Shown: positions 8,644-17,779 of the stretch, in pieces
Position numbering within the stretch: position 1 is the stretch's first letter
How the letters are laid out: each line of letters starts with the position of its first letter
NCBI GenBank assembly: GCA_045106415.1
Contig: JBGCEP010000079.1
Coordinates: forward strand, 1 to 41,078
Direction: 5' to 3'
DNA from: Oligoflexales bacterium
GTDB taxonomy: Bacteria; Bdellovibrionota_B; Oligoflexia; Oligoflexales; Bog-1112
DNA: 41,078 nucleotides
Program-made: the position numbers and the translations under genes
Notes under the pieces: model-generated
Told to the model about the DNA's origin: nothing
The model's database searches: none
The model's input: only the letters and a program-made list of their open reading frames with translations

Positions 8644-10287
8644 GTATCTACTCAGACCTCAAAAATTTCTCAGTTAAAAAATTCCGGCAAAATTCCAAGA
8701 AACAAGTCTTTTAATGCCTTGGCAAGGCTGACATCATGTTTTCTACATGTTGAAATAAATCCTCTGATTCGAGAGAAATACTTCGCACCATTTTCAGATC
8801 GAAAGCATCCAGAGATTTTTTGTTGAACTTTTGTCATTCTAATATCTCGCTCACCTTGGTTATTTGTGAACGGAATATTCTCAGCAGTTATAAAACGCAG
8901 TGTTTCTTCTTCATAGTCTCTTAGTCGCTCTAATAAATTCCGAGCTTTAGATTTTTTTATTCTGCTTCGTTTTCCAGGTGGAGAAGGATCTGGCGGGAGA
9001 GTTTCTCTCTCCGTTTTTTAAAATTTCACGGTACTCAGATCGGAATTTTTTCTGCAAAATAGATGGGATTTTTCCGTTTAGGTCGATTTTCTCTTTATTG
9101 GATTTTTGCAGTAAATTTTTCAATTCTGCAGCCCATTTATAACCATCCTGTTCATTAGCTCTTTCAAGTTCATGTAAATAGGGAGCATTGCAAAGAGAGT
9201 GCTTACAATCATATTTAAAATAGAGCTTCCAGTGGTCATGTCAAAGCACCCCATTAAAGAATGGAAGGATACCAATATCATTCATTGCCTCCGAACCACG
9301 TTTTTTGTGAGGCATAAAGAATTTCCATTTTTCATTAGAGCATATATGCAACTAGACGCGCTCGCCTCCAATATTAATTCCTGTTTCGTCTACATGAGCC
9401 ACAAGGGCGGCAATTAGCTTTGCTTTAGCTACCGTTTCAAATTCTTCAAGTTTTTCATAGGCATCTTGGATGAAATTATAAACAGAGTCCGAGCTGATTG
9501 GCATTCTCAGATAAATTCTCAACAATTCTGTCGTACGGAATAAGTTGGGACTGAGAGTCGTAGATGACTTGGGCTTTTAGGCCTGGCCCATATTGAGTTT
9601 TTTGCGTCATTTCATTTGGAAACTTAGCAACGAAACGCTTACCATTTGAATCGATAAGGACTTCAGCTTCATACTCTGTAACTATGCGTTTGATCTCAAA
9701 ATCAAAAAATTGTCGAGTTTCTGATTTAGCACTCGAGTAAGTCCCTTTAGGAATTGTGCGCAGATCTATTTTCAATTTAATCAGGGATTCAGGGGCAGAA
9801 ACAGGTTCAAGCCTTGATCCTAAATGGCCTTTCTGCCCACCAGGTCTTTTCTCGCTTGAATTTTTGTTTTTCTTTCTTGGAACATTATCCGAAGATGGTG
9901 GCTTCGAGCTGTTTCTGCTATTAAACCCCATCTGGTTGGCAAGAAGTGTCACAATCACGATTAAAAGATCAATGGTTGCACGAAAACTCGAGGATAAATC
10001 CTTTTCCTGAGCCAGCGCTTTTTGCACATTCTCAATGTATCTCTGAGTTTTTTTATGCATATTTTCCCCTAGAAACACGCTTTTAAGACCGTCGAAAAAA
10101 TAGAAACGATCTGGGGTTCAATGATATTCTCGAGCGATTATGGACCACATTTCAGATGAATAAGAGGTGCTTTGATGACTATTCGACATACTTCACAAAA
10201 ATCGAGAATTTTTGCCAAAATCATGTCAAGGATAAAAAGCATGACGGCTTAAATTAATTTCATCTTGGGAAATGCCTGAGTAGTTAC
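8644..10287 (-). mobile_element. IS66-family (ISBst12-type, single ORF) insertion sequence, defective
   Basis: Terminal inverted repeats GTATCTACTCAG (8644-8655) and CTGAGTAGTTAC (10276-10287), 11/12 match, enclosing an IS66 transposase. No target-site duplication visible. Confidence 0.85.
8670..10060 (-). pseudogene. IS66 DDE transposase (TnpC), frameshifted with in-frame stops
   Basis: NSRNSSKPPSSD, PGGQKGHLG, QYGPGLKA. After a frameshift near 9505: HVDETG, HKKRGSEAM, HDHW, HSLCNA, with stops at 9352-9354 and 9241-9243. C-terminal PFTNNQGERDIRMTKVQQKISGCFRS. Confidence 0.9.
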
Positions 10288-10307
10288 GTTTAATTTACGT
10301 AATTAGC

Positions 10308-10345
10308 ATAAGTATTGACAACGTCTATACACAGCCAATACTTAT
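10308..10345. terminator. 10-bp inverted repeat, possible terminator of the phhA operon
   Basis: ATAAGTATTG-N18-CAATACTTAT about 45 bp after the stop of the 10391 gene. A/T-rich and weak. Confidence 0.3.
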
Positions 10346-10390
10346 ATTTGATATAGGTTATTAATTTAAATAAATCTTTCTTCAAAAAAG

Positions 10391-11392
10391 TCATCTAAAA
10401 ACAACCGTATCTATTTCAGATATCACAGAATTTCTAGCCGTTGTTTTTCTCAGTTGTTTTAAAAACTGTCCCGCTCCAGGCGTTAAATTCCGCCCTGCGT
10501 GATCTACAACAGCAATTTGAATCCATTCTGGCATTGACGCTAACTGCACAGCAAGCTGCTGTCCATAACGTCCGTAATAGCGTTCTAAAACTTTACTGCT
10601 TAACTCAGAAAAACCATTGTTTCTCGATATGCTATACAGAAAGAGGTGCTCAAACCGAGGGTGACTAATTGAGGGGGGATATTCCTGAAAATGACTTAAC
10701 ATTAAACTACACGTCATCATGTTCACTTTATTCAAGGAAAGCTGCCTCAATTCTTCAACAGGAGCCATTGCTAAATAATCTAAAAAATCTTCACTTGCTG
10801 CACGAGGCTTTAAACTCATCATTGCTTTCGCATAAGATTCATCATGAGTCACAAAAAGACCTTGTTTCAAAATAGAATAACTGGATATAAGTTGATTTTT
10901 TGCGATTGCATCTGCCATGCGAGATCCCATCCATTGACTGAGATCTCCGTTCATTAATGCTTTTGTTAAAGCTTGATCAACAGCATCAGCCATTCGAGGA
11001 GAAGGGCGTAAAGCCGCCATATGCCACGCTAACTGTTGATGACTTTTTTTCTCAGCGTTCAATAAAGAATTAAAAACCTCAACAGATCTACTGTCTTTGC
11101 TCAAGTGATATAAATGAATCGCATTAATCAAATGAGATGATGGCCAGTCTTCTTTATGATTTTTAATACCTTCATATAAAAGCTTTCCTGCTTCAGGCCA
11201 AACTTTTCTTCTTGCAACTTCTTGTCTAACTTGCGCCAAAGTCATGCCGCCAAAATTGACGCCTGCTTCCAATAATTCTGACAAATCAGTCGAACTATCG
11301 ATTACAGGAGGTTGATATGAAGAATCTGTGACACATCCAAAAAACAGCATTGATAAACATAAAAAAGATTGTATTTTAAAGTATTTCTTCAT
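10391..11392 (-). CDS. Hypothetical alpha-helical lipoprotein
   Basis: ATG 11392 (GGAG RBS, ATGA overlap with upstream gene) gives MKKYFKIQSFLCLSMLFFGC with a lipobox. Rest is helical, possibly HEAT-like. Confidence 0.75.
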   Translation of the reverse strand: MKKYFKIQSFLCLSMLFFGCVTDSSYQPPVIDSSTDLSELLEAGVNFGGMTLAQVRQEVARRKVWPEAGKLLYEGIKNHKEDWPSSHLINAIHLYHLSKDSRSVEVFNSLLNAEKKSHQQLAWHMAALRPSPRMADAVDQALTKALMNGDLSQWMGSRMADAIAKNQLISSYSILKQGLFVTHDESYAKAMMSLKPRAASEDFLDYLAMAPVEELRQLSLNKVNMMTCSLMLSHFQEYPPSISHPRFEHLFLYSISRNNGFSELSSKVLERYYGRYGQQLAVQLASMPEWIQIAVVDHAGRNLTPGAGQFLKQLRKTTARNSVISEIDTVVFR

Positions 11393-11781
11393 ATTTTCTC
11401 CAGATGTTGTACAACAATAGATATCCCTAAGTCTTCTTGAAAAATTTGATGACAATCAAAACTGCCATGATCAACTTCGATTGTTAATCCTTTACGGCTA
11501 AGAATCATTTTCTGGACCGAAAACCTCAAAAGAGATTCCAACACCCGATCTACTCTTATTTTTTGTGGAGAACTTTCTTTATAAGGAAGTTCACACTCAA
11601 ATTCTACACCTGCTGCTTGTGCCATTTTACGTAAAGCAAGAGGGAGCCAGTCGATCACATGATGAACCCGAAAACATAACCGCAAAGAATGAATTGCGCT
11701 TTGTAATCTAAAAATCCAAAAAGCCATACCTAACGCCAAAAATAAACACGCCATATGCACAATAAAATTTGTGGCCATCAT
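11389..11781 (-). CDS. Small hypothetical protein with N-terminal membrane anchor
   Basis: Hydrophobic N-terminal helix; start/stop overlaps with both neighbours. Confidence 0.65.
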   Translation of the reverse strand: MMATNFIVHMACLFLALGMAFWIFRLQSAIHSLRLCFRVHHVIDWLPLALRKMAQAAGVEFECELPYKESSPQKIRVDRVLESLLRFSVQKMILSRKGLTIEVDHGSFDCHQIFQEDLGISIVVQHLEKI

Positions 11782-13499
11782 AGGCCTTTGCCTCCTTCAT
11801 CCAAAACCGAAGCAATTCTGAGCCCGTGCCGAATTAATCTTCCAATCGCAGGATCATGATGCTCTTCTTCAAGCTGACTTTCAACTAATTTAGACCACAA
11901 TGACCATTCCTCAAAAATCGGGTTTTTTTGACATCTAAGTTCATATATTTCAAGAGCAAGAAGCCACTCTTTAGGTTCACTTTCAAGAACAGATCTAATT
12001 TTCCCAAAATCATCAGCATTCCCTTTACGGAAGCCTTCTCGGAAATCACGAATAATTTGATAAGCCTCAAACACTTTTAATTCTTTTTTTGTTGATTGAA
12101 CTCGACTACCAGGAGTTGTTGAAGCTTTACCAACTTGAAGTTTTTGATAACGACTCCAATCTCCACAGCCCCCATAGACCGATGTTACACTCGACCCAAG
12201 AATCAAAGGCCATTGCTGACATGTAAAATTCCCATGTGGAGTTTTTATATCAGCAGACTCCCAAGTCACAAGATATTGAGATCCAATCTTCCTAGCACTG
12301 GCAACAACTCCATTCACGACAACTCCTCCTAGCCACTCAATTTTCACCTTCTGGCCAGGTGCCCAATTTATGTCATGACAAGGCCTGTCAGTTGAACCCA
12401 CAATTTGAAATAAAGGATCTTGTAGAGTCTCGTATCCCCATGGCTCTACTTGTTGGCTATCTCGTGAAATTTGACACCCTTGTCCATACTGAAGAAAAAA
12501 GGTCCCATTATAATTCTGATAAAATTCCAATACGCCACTCACTGATAAACCATGATCAAAAACTGTGGTTGTCACTGTTCTAGCCTCAAAAGCTTGATTC
12601 AACCCATGAGCTCCGCCTCTTTTAAAAGACATTGTTTCACCAAAATCTTCAAGAACCTCTAGAAGGTGCTGAAAGCTCCTTGCAACATAAAGCTGAGGCT
12701 GTGGATTTGTGATGTCATAACTTTGCTCTGTGCATGCCACAGAAAGAGGGATTTTAAAAACTCGATCACTCACACAGTCTTCTCCTTCCATTAAAGAAGA
12801 CAAAAGACCTGCTCCAAAAATTTTAGGGTCCGCCATATCGCCCACAAGACCATACTCAGCCGTCCACCAATTCATCCTCGCAAGAAGCCCTGCCTCTGAA
12901 ATTCCTCGCAAAGCTGCTTCAGCTACTTCTAATTCAGCCTCGGCTTTTCTAATATCAACATCACCATACTCAGGATTCTCCTTAATATCCGACAGCGTAC
13001 GAATAGCTTCATACAAAGCAATATCTTCAACCGAATAAATAGCTTTATTTGCATAGATAGAATAAGCCGCAAGATAGTCAGCATAACCTTGATCAACAAG
13101 AATAGGAGCATGACCCGCAGCTTCATGCACAATGTCAGGCGCTGGGGTATATGCAATATGCTCTAACGTTCTCATATCACAAGCTATAGGAAGCAACCTG
13201 TGTCCTTGAAAAGCTAAAAAAATAGCAGGTGGAATAAAGCCTTCAACACACACCGCACCCCAGCCAAATTGATCTAAAAGGCGATCCATCTCATCAACTT
13301 GGGGAATTCTCGATATAGGTACCCCTGTCTCTTGCAGGCCTCTTAGGTAATCAGGATGCGCTGTTTTTCCGAAAATATCGCGACCTTGCCTCATAATACA
13401 TCGCCACGTCGCTTGGTCTCTTGCTGTATAACGACTATAATTCTGGGTTGTTATAAATTCATTTAAATATTCAGGAAGCTTTTTTCTGGCTTGGCTCAT
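11778..13499 (-). CDS. phhA: Aromatic amino acid (phenylalanine 4-) hydroxylase, long form
   Basis: YTPAPDIVHEAAGHAP iron-binding motif, WWTAEYGL, GAGLLSS, YDITNPQPQLYV. GGAGGGG RBS. Confidence 0.9.
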   Translation of the reverse strand: MSQARKKLPEYLNEFITTQNYSRYTARDQATWRCIMRQGRDIFGKTAHPDYLRGLQETGVPISRIPQVDEMDRLLDQFGWGAVCVEGFIPPAIFLAFQGHRLLPIACDMRTLEHIAYTPAPDIVHEAAGHAPILVDQGYADYLAAYSIYANKAIYSVEDIALYEAIRTLSDIKENPEYGDVDIRKAEAELEVAEAALRGISEAGLLARMNWWTAEYGLVGDMADPKIFGAGLLSSLMEGEDCVSDRVFKIPLSVACTEQSYDITNPQPQLYVARSFQHLLEVLEDFGETMSFKRGGAHGLNQAFEARTVTTTVFDHGLSVSGVLEFYQNYNGTFFLQYGQGCQISRDSQQVEPWGYETLQDPLFQIVGSTDRPCHDINWAPGQKVKIEWLGGVVVNGVVASARKIGSQYLVTWESADIKTPHGNFTCQQWPLILGSSVTSVYGGCGDWSRYQKLQVGKASTTPGSRVQSTKKELKVFEAYQIIRDFREGFRKGNADDFGKIRSVLESEPKEWLLALEIYELRCQKNPIFEEWSLWSKLVESQLEEEHHDPAIGRLIRHGLRIASVLDEGGKGL

Positions 13500-13571
13500 C
13501 TTTCCCCTCCTTTATATAGTCACCCTTTCATCGTAACAGATCTCAACTAAAGCCTACTTATCCATAAAAAG

Positions 13572-13609
13572 TGTCATTGTTTCAGACAATCATGTCTAAA
13601 ACTCAGACA
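13572..13609. promoter_or_regulatory. Two tandem palindromic TGTC-N9-GACA sites (candidate enhancer for a sigma54 activator)
   Basis: TGTCATTGTTTCAGACA (13572-13588) and TGTCTAAAACTCAGACA (13593-13609), 21-bp period, upstream of a -24/-12 element. Confidence 0.65.
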
Positions 13610-13672
13610 GTCACCTTTTCAAAAGTAAACGACTGTATCGGTAAACCCGCAATTTATCACGGCCTGCAAACC

Positions 13673-13688
13673 TGGCATCGCTTTTGCT
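13673..13688 (+). promoter_or_regulatory. Sigma54 (-24/-12) promoter
   Basis: TGGCATCGCTTTTGCT has GG-N10-GC and closely fits TGGCAC-N5-TTGCW, about 55 bp before the AraC start. Confidence 0.8.
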
Positions 13689-13741
13689 TTAAGAGATCAT
13701 CGAACGGGTATTTGAAACTGAACTGACCAAAGGATGATGAA

Positions 13742-14314
13742 ATGATGAACTCCCACGCTGACAATTTCCAAAACCACAACATGACTCCTGCTACACCAGC
13801 TGTTACTTCAACACCTTCTCCACTTGAAGTCGATGCAGCTGCAACGCTGGAAGAAAAAGTAACTAGCCTTGGTACGGTCGCCAGTTTGCGCACTGTATTT
13901 CGTTATGTACAAGAGCACATTACTGAAGAGCTAACTCTTGAGGGTATGACTGCTGTTTCCGGGATGAGCGAATCGACATTGAGTCGCCGGTTTCGTAAGC
14001 ACTTAAAGAGGAGCCCTATCCGTTGGTTATGGCTGTATAGAACACTACTTGCTGCGGAATGCATCAATGTCGCTCCAGAGCTACAACTCATCGACATCGC
14101 AACCTCTTGTGGATTTTCGAGCTCAGCTCACTTCTCTCGCCTATTTCACAAGATGATTGGCGCTGCGCCTCGGGATTATCGTCGCATCGCTCAAGAGCGA
14201 GGAAACTTAAACCGCAAAACAGCCCAAACTCGATTGATCGACAACATGGATCAGCTTCACGCTATCGCTTTGGAAAAAAGCATCGCTCTCGCGACTCCTA
14301 AATCAGAGAGCTAA
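13742..14314 (+). CDS. AraC-family transcriptional regulator (DNA-binding domain only)
   Basis: YVQEHITEELTLE...GMSESTLSRRFRK and IDIATSCGFSSSAHFSRLFHKMIGAAPRDYR double HTH. Confidence 0.92.
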   Translation: MMNSHADNFQNHNMTPATPAVTSTPSPLEVDAAATLEEKVTSLGTVASLRTVFRYVQEHITEELTLEGMTAVSGMSESTLSRRFRKHLKRSPIRWLWLYRTLLAAECINVAPELQLIDIATSCGFSSSAHFSRLFHKMIGAAPRDYRRIAQERGNLNRKTAQTRLIDNMDQLHAIALEKSIALATPKSES

Positions 14315-14327
14315 TTTTTCCTACCTC

Positions 14328-14355
14328 ACAGCCCCAAGGCCGAACTTGGGGCTGT
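14328..14355 (+). terminator. Stem-loop after the AraC gene
   Basis: ACAGCCCCAAG-GCCGAA-CTTGGGGCTGT, perfect 11-bp stem; poor U-tract. Confidence 0.6.
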
Positions 14356-14370
14356 CAATTCTGCAAGAGA

Positions 14371-14388
14371 AGTGTACAACTGTACACT
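14371..14388. promoter_or_regulatory. Operator-like palindrome upstream of gmk
   Basis: AGTGTACA-AC-TGTACACT, perfect 8-bp inverted repeat with a 2-nt spacer. Confidence 0.35.
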
Positions 14389-14452
14389 AAGTATGTGGGA
14401 CAACCCACGACACATCCCAAAATCGACACCCCATACGAAAGAGACATAAGCC

Positions 14453-15106
14453 ATGACAGCTCAAGTTTTTGTTATGACAGCCCCTTCTGGTACGGGAAAG
14501 ACGACATTAACCCGCCGCCTCCTTAGCCAGCACACCACAATCAAAACTCCCTCAAGCCTAACAACTCGCACGAAGCGCCCTAACGAAAAAGACGGGGATC
14601 ACTACCGTTTCGTAAGTGAAGAGCAATTTAAAGAGGCTGTTGAACAAAAACGATTACTGGAGTGGGCGCAGGTTTTTGGCAACTACTATGGCACAACCTT
14701 TGACGATTTTGATACCTTAAGAGAAAATGCAGAACAGATACTGCTTGAAATCGACGTCCAAGGCTGGCATCAAATTCAAGAACGTGTCCCTGAGTCAAAA
14801 GGCGTCTTTATCATGCCTCCAAGCTTAAAGGCTTTGTGGGAGAGGCTATCACATCGAGGGACAGAGTCTTTAGCAACACGTTGGTCACGCTTAGAAGAGG
14901 CACACACTGAGTTACAGTCCGTCCATACATACGATCACTTCATTATTAATGTTTCTATTGAGGAAGCTTATGATGACTTGGAAGGATTGGTTATTCGAGG
15001 GCTCTCTCCTCGCTTACCTCGACAAGATGCAGAATACCACGCCAAGAAACTCCTTGATGAATACCGAGATGCTTCTTGGATTCAGCAGTTACGTAGTCAG
15101 TTTTAA
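14453..15106 (+). CDS. gmk: Guanylate kinase
   Basis: APSGTGKTT P-loop, TTRTKRPNEKDGDHYRFV, GNYYGT, LEIDVQG. Confidence 0.97.
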   Translation: MTAQVFVMTAPSGTGKTTLTRRLLSQHTTIKTPSSLTTRTKRPNEKDGDHYRFVSEEQFKEAVEQKRLLEWAQVFGNYYGTTFDDFDTLRENAEQILLEIDVQGWHQIQERVPESKGVFIMPPSLKALWERLSHRGTESLATRWSRLEEAHTELQSVHTYDHFIINVSIEEAYDDLEGLVIRGLSPRLPRQDAEYHAKKLLDEYRDASWIQQLRSQF

Positions 15107-15148
15107 AAATCATAGCCACAACTCTCTATTGTGGATCGGAGAGCTATA

Positions 15149-17389
15149 ATGACGCAATCAATCGTTCCTCCAGAAGACAGCTCAGAACTTCTATTCCAGA
15201 AACTACTTGATGCGACTCATTATTTAGATCAGTACGAAGACACGGAGATTCTCCTTCGTAAGGCTTTTGAAATAGCTGATTCTCGTCATGGTCCACAAAA
15301 ACGGGCATCAGGAGAACCTTACATTCTCCACCCTTTGAGTGTTGCCTTAATCCTTACAGAGCTCAAAGTCGATCGTTATACTTTAGCCTCAGCGATTCTT
15401 CACGATACAATTGAAGATACAGATTACACTTTTGAGGATCTTCAAAAAGATTTTGGAAACTCTGTGAGTGAGATCGTAGATGGCGTCACTAAAATCGGAA
15501 AAATGAAATTTCGCTCCAGCCAAGAGCGCATGGCGGAAAATTTTCGCAAGATGCTTTTAGCTATGGCAAAAGACCTACGTGTCATTCTCGTTAAACTGGC
15601 TGACCGTCTTCATAACATGAGAACTCTCGAGTTCCTAGCACCTGAAAAACGCCATCGCATGGCGCAAGAAACTCTTGAAATTTATGCACCTCTTGCCAAT
15701 CGTTTAGGTGTTTATCATATAAAAAATGAATTAGAAGATCTGTGTTTGAAAGAAACTCGCACAGAGAGCTACCGTGACCTCAAAAAGAAAGTTGCACAAC
15801 AAAAGCAAATACGCGCCGACAAGATTACAGAGATTGTTCAAATTTTAGAAGGGCAACTTCAAGAATACAATTTCGAATCAGCGCATGTTTATGGGCGTCC
15901 CAAGCATTTTTATTCAATCTATAGAAAAATGATCGAGCGTAAGCTAACATTCGAAGATATCCATGACTTATTTGCATTTCGCATTATTGTCGACACTGTC
16001 AAAGATTGCTACGAAGTCTTGGGCATTGTTCACGCAATGTGGAAACCAATGCCTGGACGCTTCAAAGATTATGTGGCAATGCCAAAACCGAACATGTACC
16101 AATCTTTGCACACAACAGTGATACGTCCCAACGGTGAAGTGGCTGAAATTCAAATCCGAACAAATGAAATGCACCAAATTTGTGAAATGGGTGTTGCTGC
16201 ACACTGGCGCTATAAAGAAGGCTCCAACGAAAAGCTCAAATCCAACGATCAACAAAAGTTTTCTTGGCTTCGCCAAATGATGGAGCTTCAACAAGACATC
16301 AAAGATCCAAATGAATTTTTAGCATCAGTAAGGCTTGACCTCTTTGATGAGGAGATCTTTGTATTCACACCTAAAGGAGATGTCATTGAGCTAAGAACAG
16401 GCTCTTCACCGATTGATTTTGCTTTTGCTATTCACACTGATGTTGGGCTAACAACCGTGGGCTCAAAAATCAACGGCCGCATGGTTCCGCTCCGCACTAA
16501 GCTCCACAACGGGGATATCATTGAAATTCTGACTTCTTCTATCCCGCGTCCAAATAAAGATTGGCTCAACTTTGTATGCACATCAAAAGCACGTAATAAA
16601 ATACGATCTTTTCTGCGCAGTGAAAGAAGAGATCAAAGCCTTAAGCTCGGCCGAGACTTACTGAGCGCAGCTCTCAGCAAACATAGTTTAGACTTAGACA
16701 AACTCATCAAACAACAAGATGTTCAGCCTCTCATTAACGCAAGTAAAGAGAGTAGTCTTGACGAGGTTTGTATTGCTATTGGGTATGGCCGTCTTTCAGC
16801 AGCATCTGTTGTGCAAAGAGCTTATGCCAAAAAACTCGAGCTTGAGCAACAATCTCAAGTCTCCTTACAAAACCCTGAACCCGTTGCACCTCGTCCACAA
16901 AGCTCTCAAACAGGGCTTCTTGTATCGGGCATGGATGATATTCTTGTAAATCGAGCCAGATGCTGCAACCCTCTCCCTGGTGATCATGTCATTGGCTTTA
17001 TCACACGAGGTCGTGGTGTCTCTGTTCACAGGGGAAGTTGCGGCAAAGCTCTAGACTTAGACCCGGCACGGCGAGTTCCTGTCTCTTGGGGGTCTCCCGA
17101 AAAAGCCGAGACTCACACCACATGCATTCGAGCTGTCACCATGGATCGTCAAGGACTTCTTGCTGAAGTTTCAACAGCGATTTCTTCTTGCGGCGGCAAC
17201 GTCCAGCGGGCAAATATTCAGGTCGATCAATCCAAAAATGGGATTCTTGATTTTGAGGTTATGCTTAAAAACGCAGAACAGCTCAACCAGGTGTTAAATC
17301 GACTAGAAGCTATCCCTGGAGTCATTTATGCTGAACGAAGGAATACAATTGTCGACAAACAGATTTCAAAAAGAAAAAAACGCACCTAA
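15149..17389 (+). CDS. spoT: Bifunctional (p)ppGpp synthetase/hydrolase (long RSH, Rel/SpoT)
   Basis: RASGEPYILHP and LHDTIED hydrolase motifs, RFKD and YQSLHT synthetase motifs, TGS, CCNPLPGD and ACT domains. ATG 15149 follows GGAGAG. Confidence 0.96.
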   Translation: MTQSIVPPEDSSELLFQKLLDATHYLDQYEDTEILLRKAFEIADSRHGPQKRASGEPYILHPLSVALILTELKVDRYTLASAILHDTIEDTDYTFEDLQKDFGNSVSEIVDGVTKIGKMKFRSSQERMAENFRKMLLAMAKDLRVILVKLADRLHNMRTLEFLAPEKRHRMAQETLEIYAPLANRLGVYHIKNELEDLCLKETRTESYRDLKKKVAQQKQIRADKITEIVQILEGQLQEYNFESAHVYGRPKHFYSIYRKMIERKLTFEDIHDLFAFRIIVDTVKDCYEVLGIVHAMWKPMPGRFKDYVAMPKPNMYQSLHTTVIRPNGEVAEIQIRTNEMHQICEMGVAAHWRYKEGSNEKLKSNDQQKFSWLRQMMELQQDIKDPNEFLASVRLDLFDEEIFVFTPKGDVIELRTGSSPIDFAFAIHTDVGLTTVGSKINGRMVPLRTKLHNGDIIEILTSSIPRPNKDWLNFVCTSKARNKIRSFLRSERRDQSLKLGRDLLSAALSKHSLDLDKLIKQQDVQPLINASKESSLDEVCIAIGYGRLSAASVVQRAYAKKLELEQQSQVSLQNPEPVAPRPQSSQTGLLVSGMDDILVNRARCCNPLPGDHVIGFITRGRGVSVHRGSCGKALDLDPARRVPVSWGSPEKAETHTTCIRAVTMDRQGLLAEVSTAISSCGGNVQRANIQVDQSKNGILDFEVMLKNAEQLNQVLNRLEAIPGVIYAERRNTIVDKQISKRKKRT

Positions 17390-17532
17390 TATCAAAATAA
17401 AAGTAAGAAAAATATCTTTTTTTAGACGAAGGACTGCGGAAAAATGGGCATCACCATGCTTCTTTTTACCTTCTTCCATCACAACAGATGGACAAAACAA
17501 TCAAAATCATTTCTCTTTTAGTGAAAAAAGTG

Positions 17533-17625
17533 ATGTGCTTTATACCTATCGACGAAAGAATGATCTTTTAGGTATCACCCTCTCCACTCTTTATAGATAG
17601 GACAAGATGAAAAATCTCACCCCCT
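17533..17625 (+). pseudogene. Decayed MerR-type/IS607-like helix-turn-helix fragment
   Basis: MCFIPIDE, then a frameshift, then DLLGITLSTLYR*DKMKNLTP. Resembles AAxLLGVSxSTLYRWDKxGxLxP with Trp replaced by TAG. Confidence 0.4.
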
Positions 17626-17639
17626 CTTCGTTGAAGTGA

Positions 17640-17677
17640 AATTTACTTAATTCTACGCTAATAGATTTAAGTAAATT
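17640..17677. other. A/T-rich 16-bp inverted repeat
   Basis: AATTTACTTAATTCTA-CGCTAA-TAGATTTAAGTAAATT, one mismatch. Confidence 0.5.
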
Positions 17678-17779
17678 CAAAATAACGGTTCGAACACCTA
17701 AAGAACCTCACATTTCAAAGAAGTGACAGTGATACACTCAGTAATATCAACACTGAACTCATAGACATTGGATAAACAA

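Noticed and set aside
9241..9354. In-frame TAG/TGA in the transposase as stop-codon recoding
   Set aside because: The same gene also has frameshifts, and intact genes in the window end in TAG and TGA normally. This is ordinary decay.
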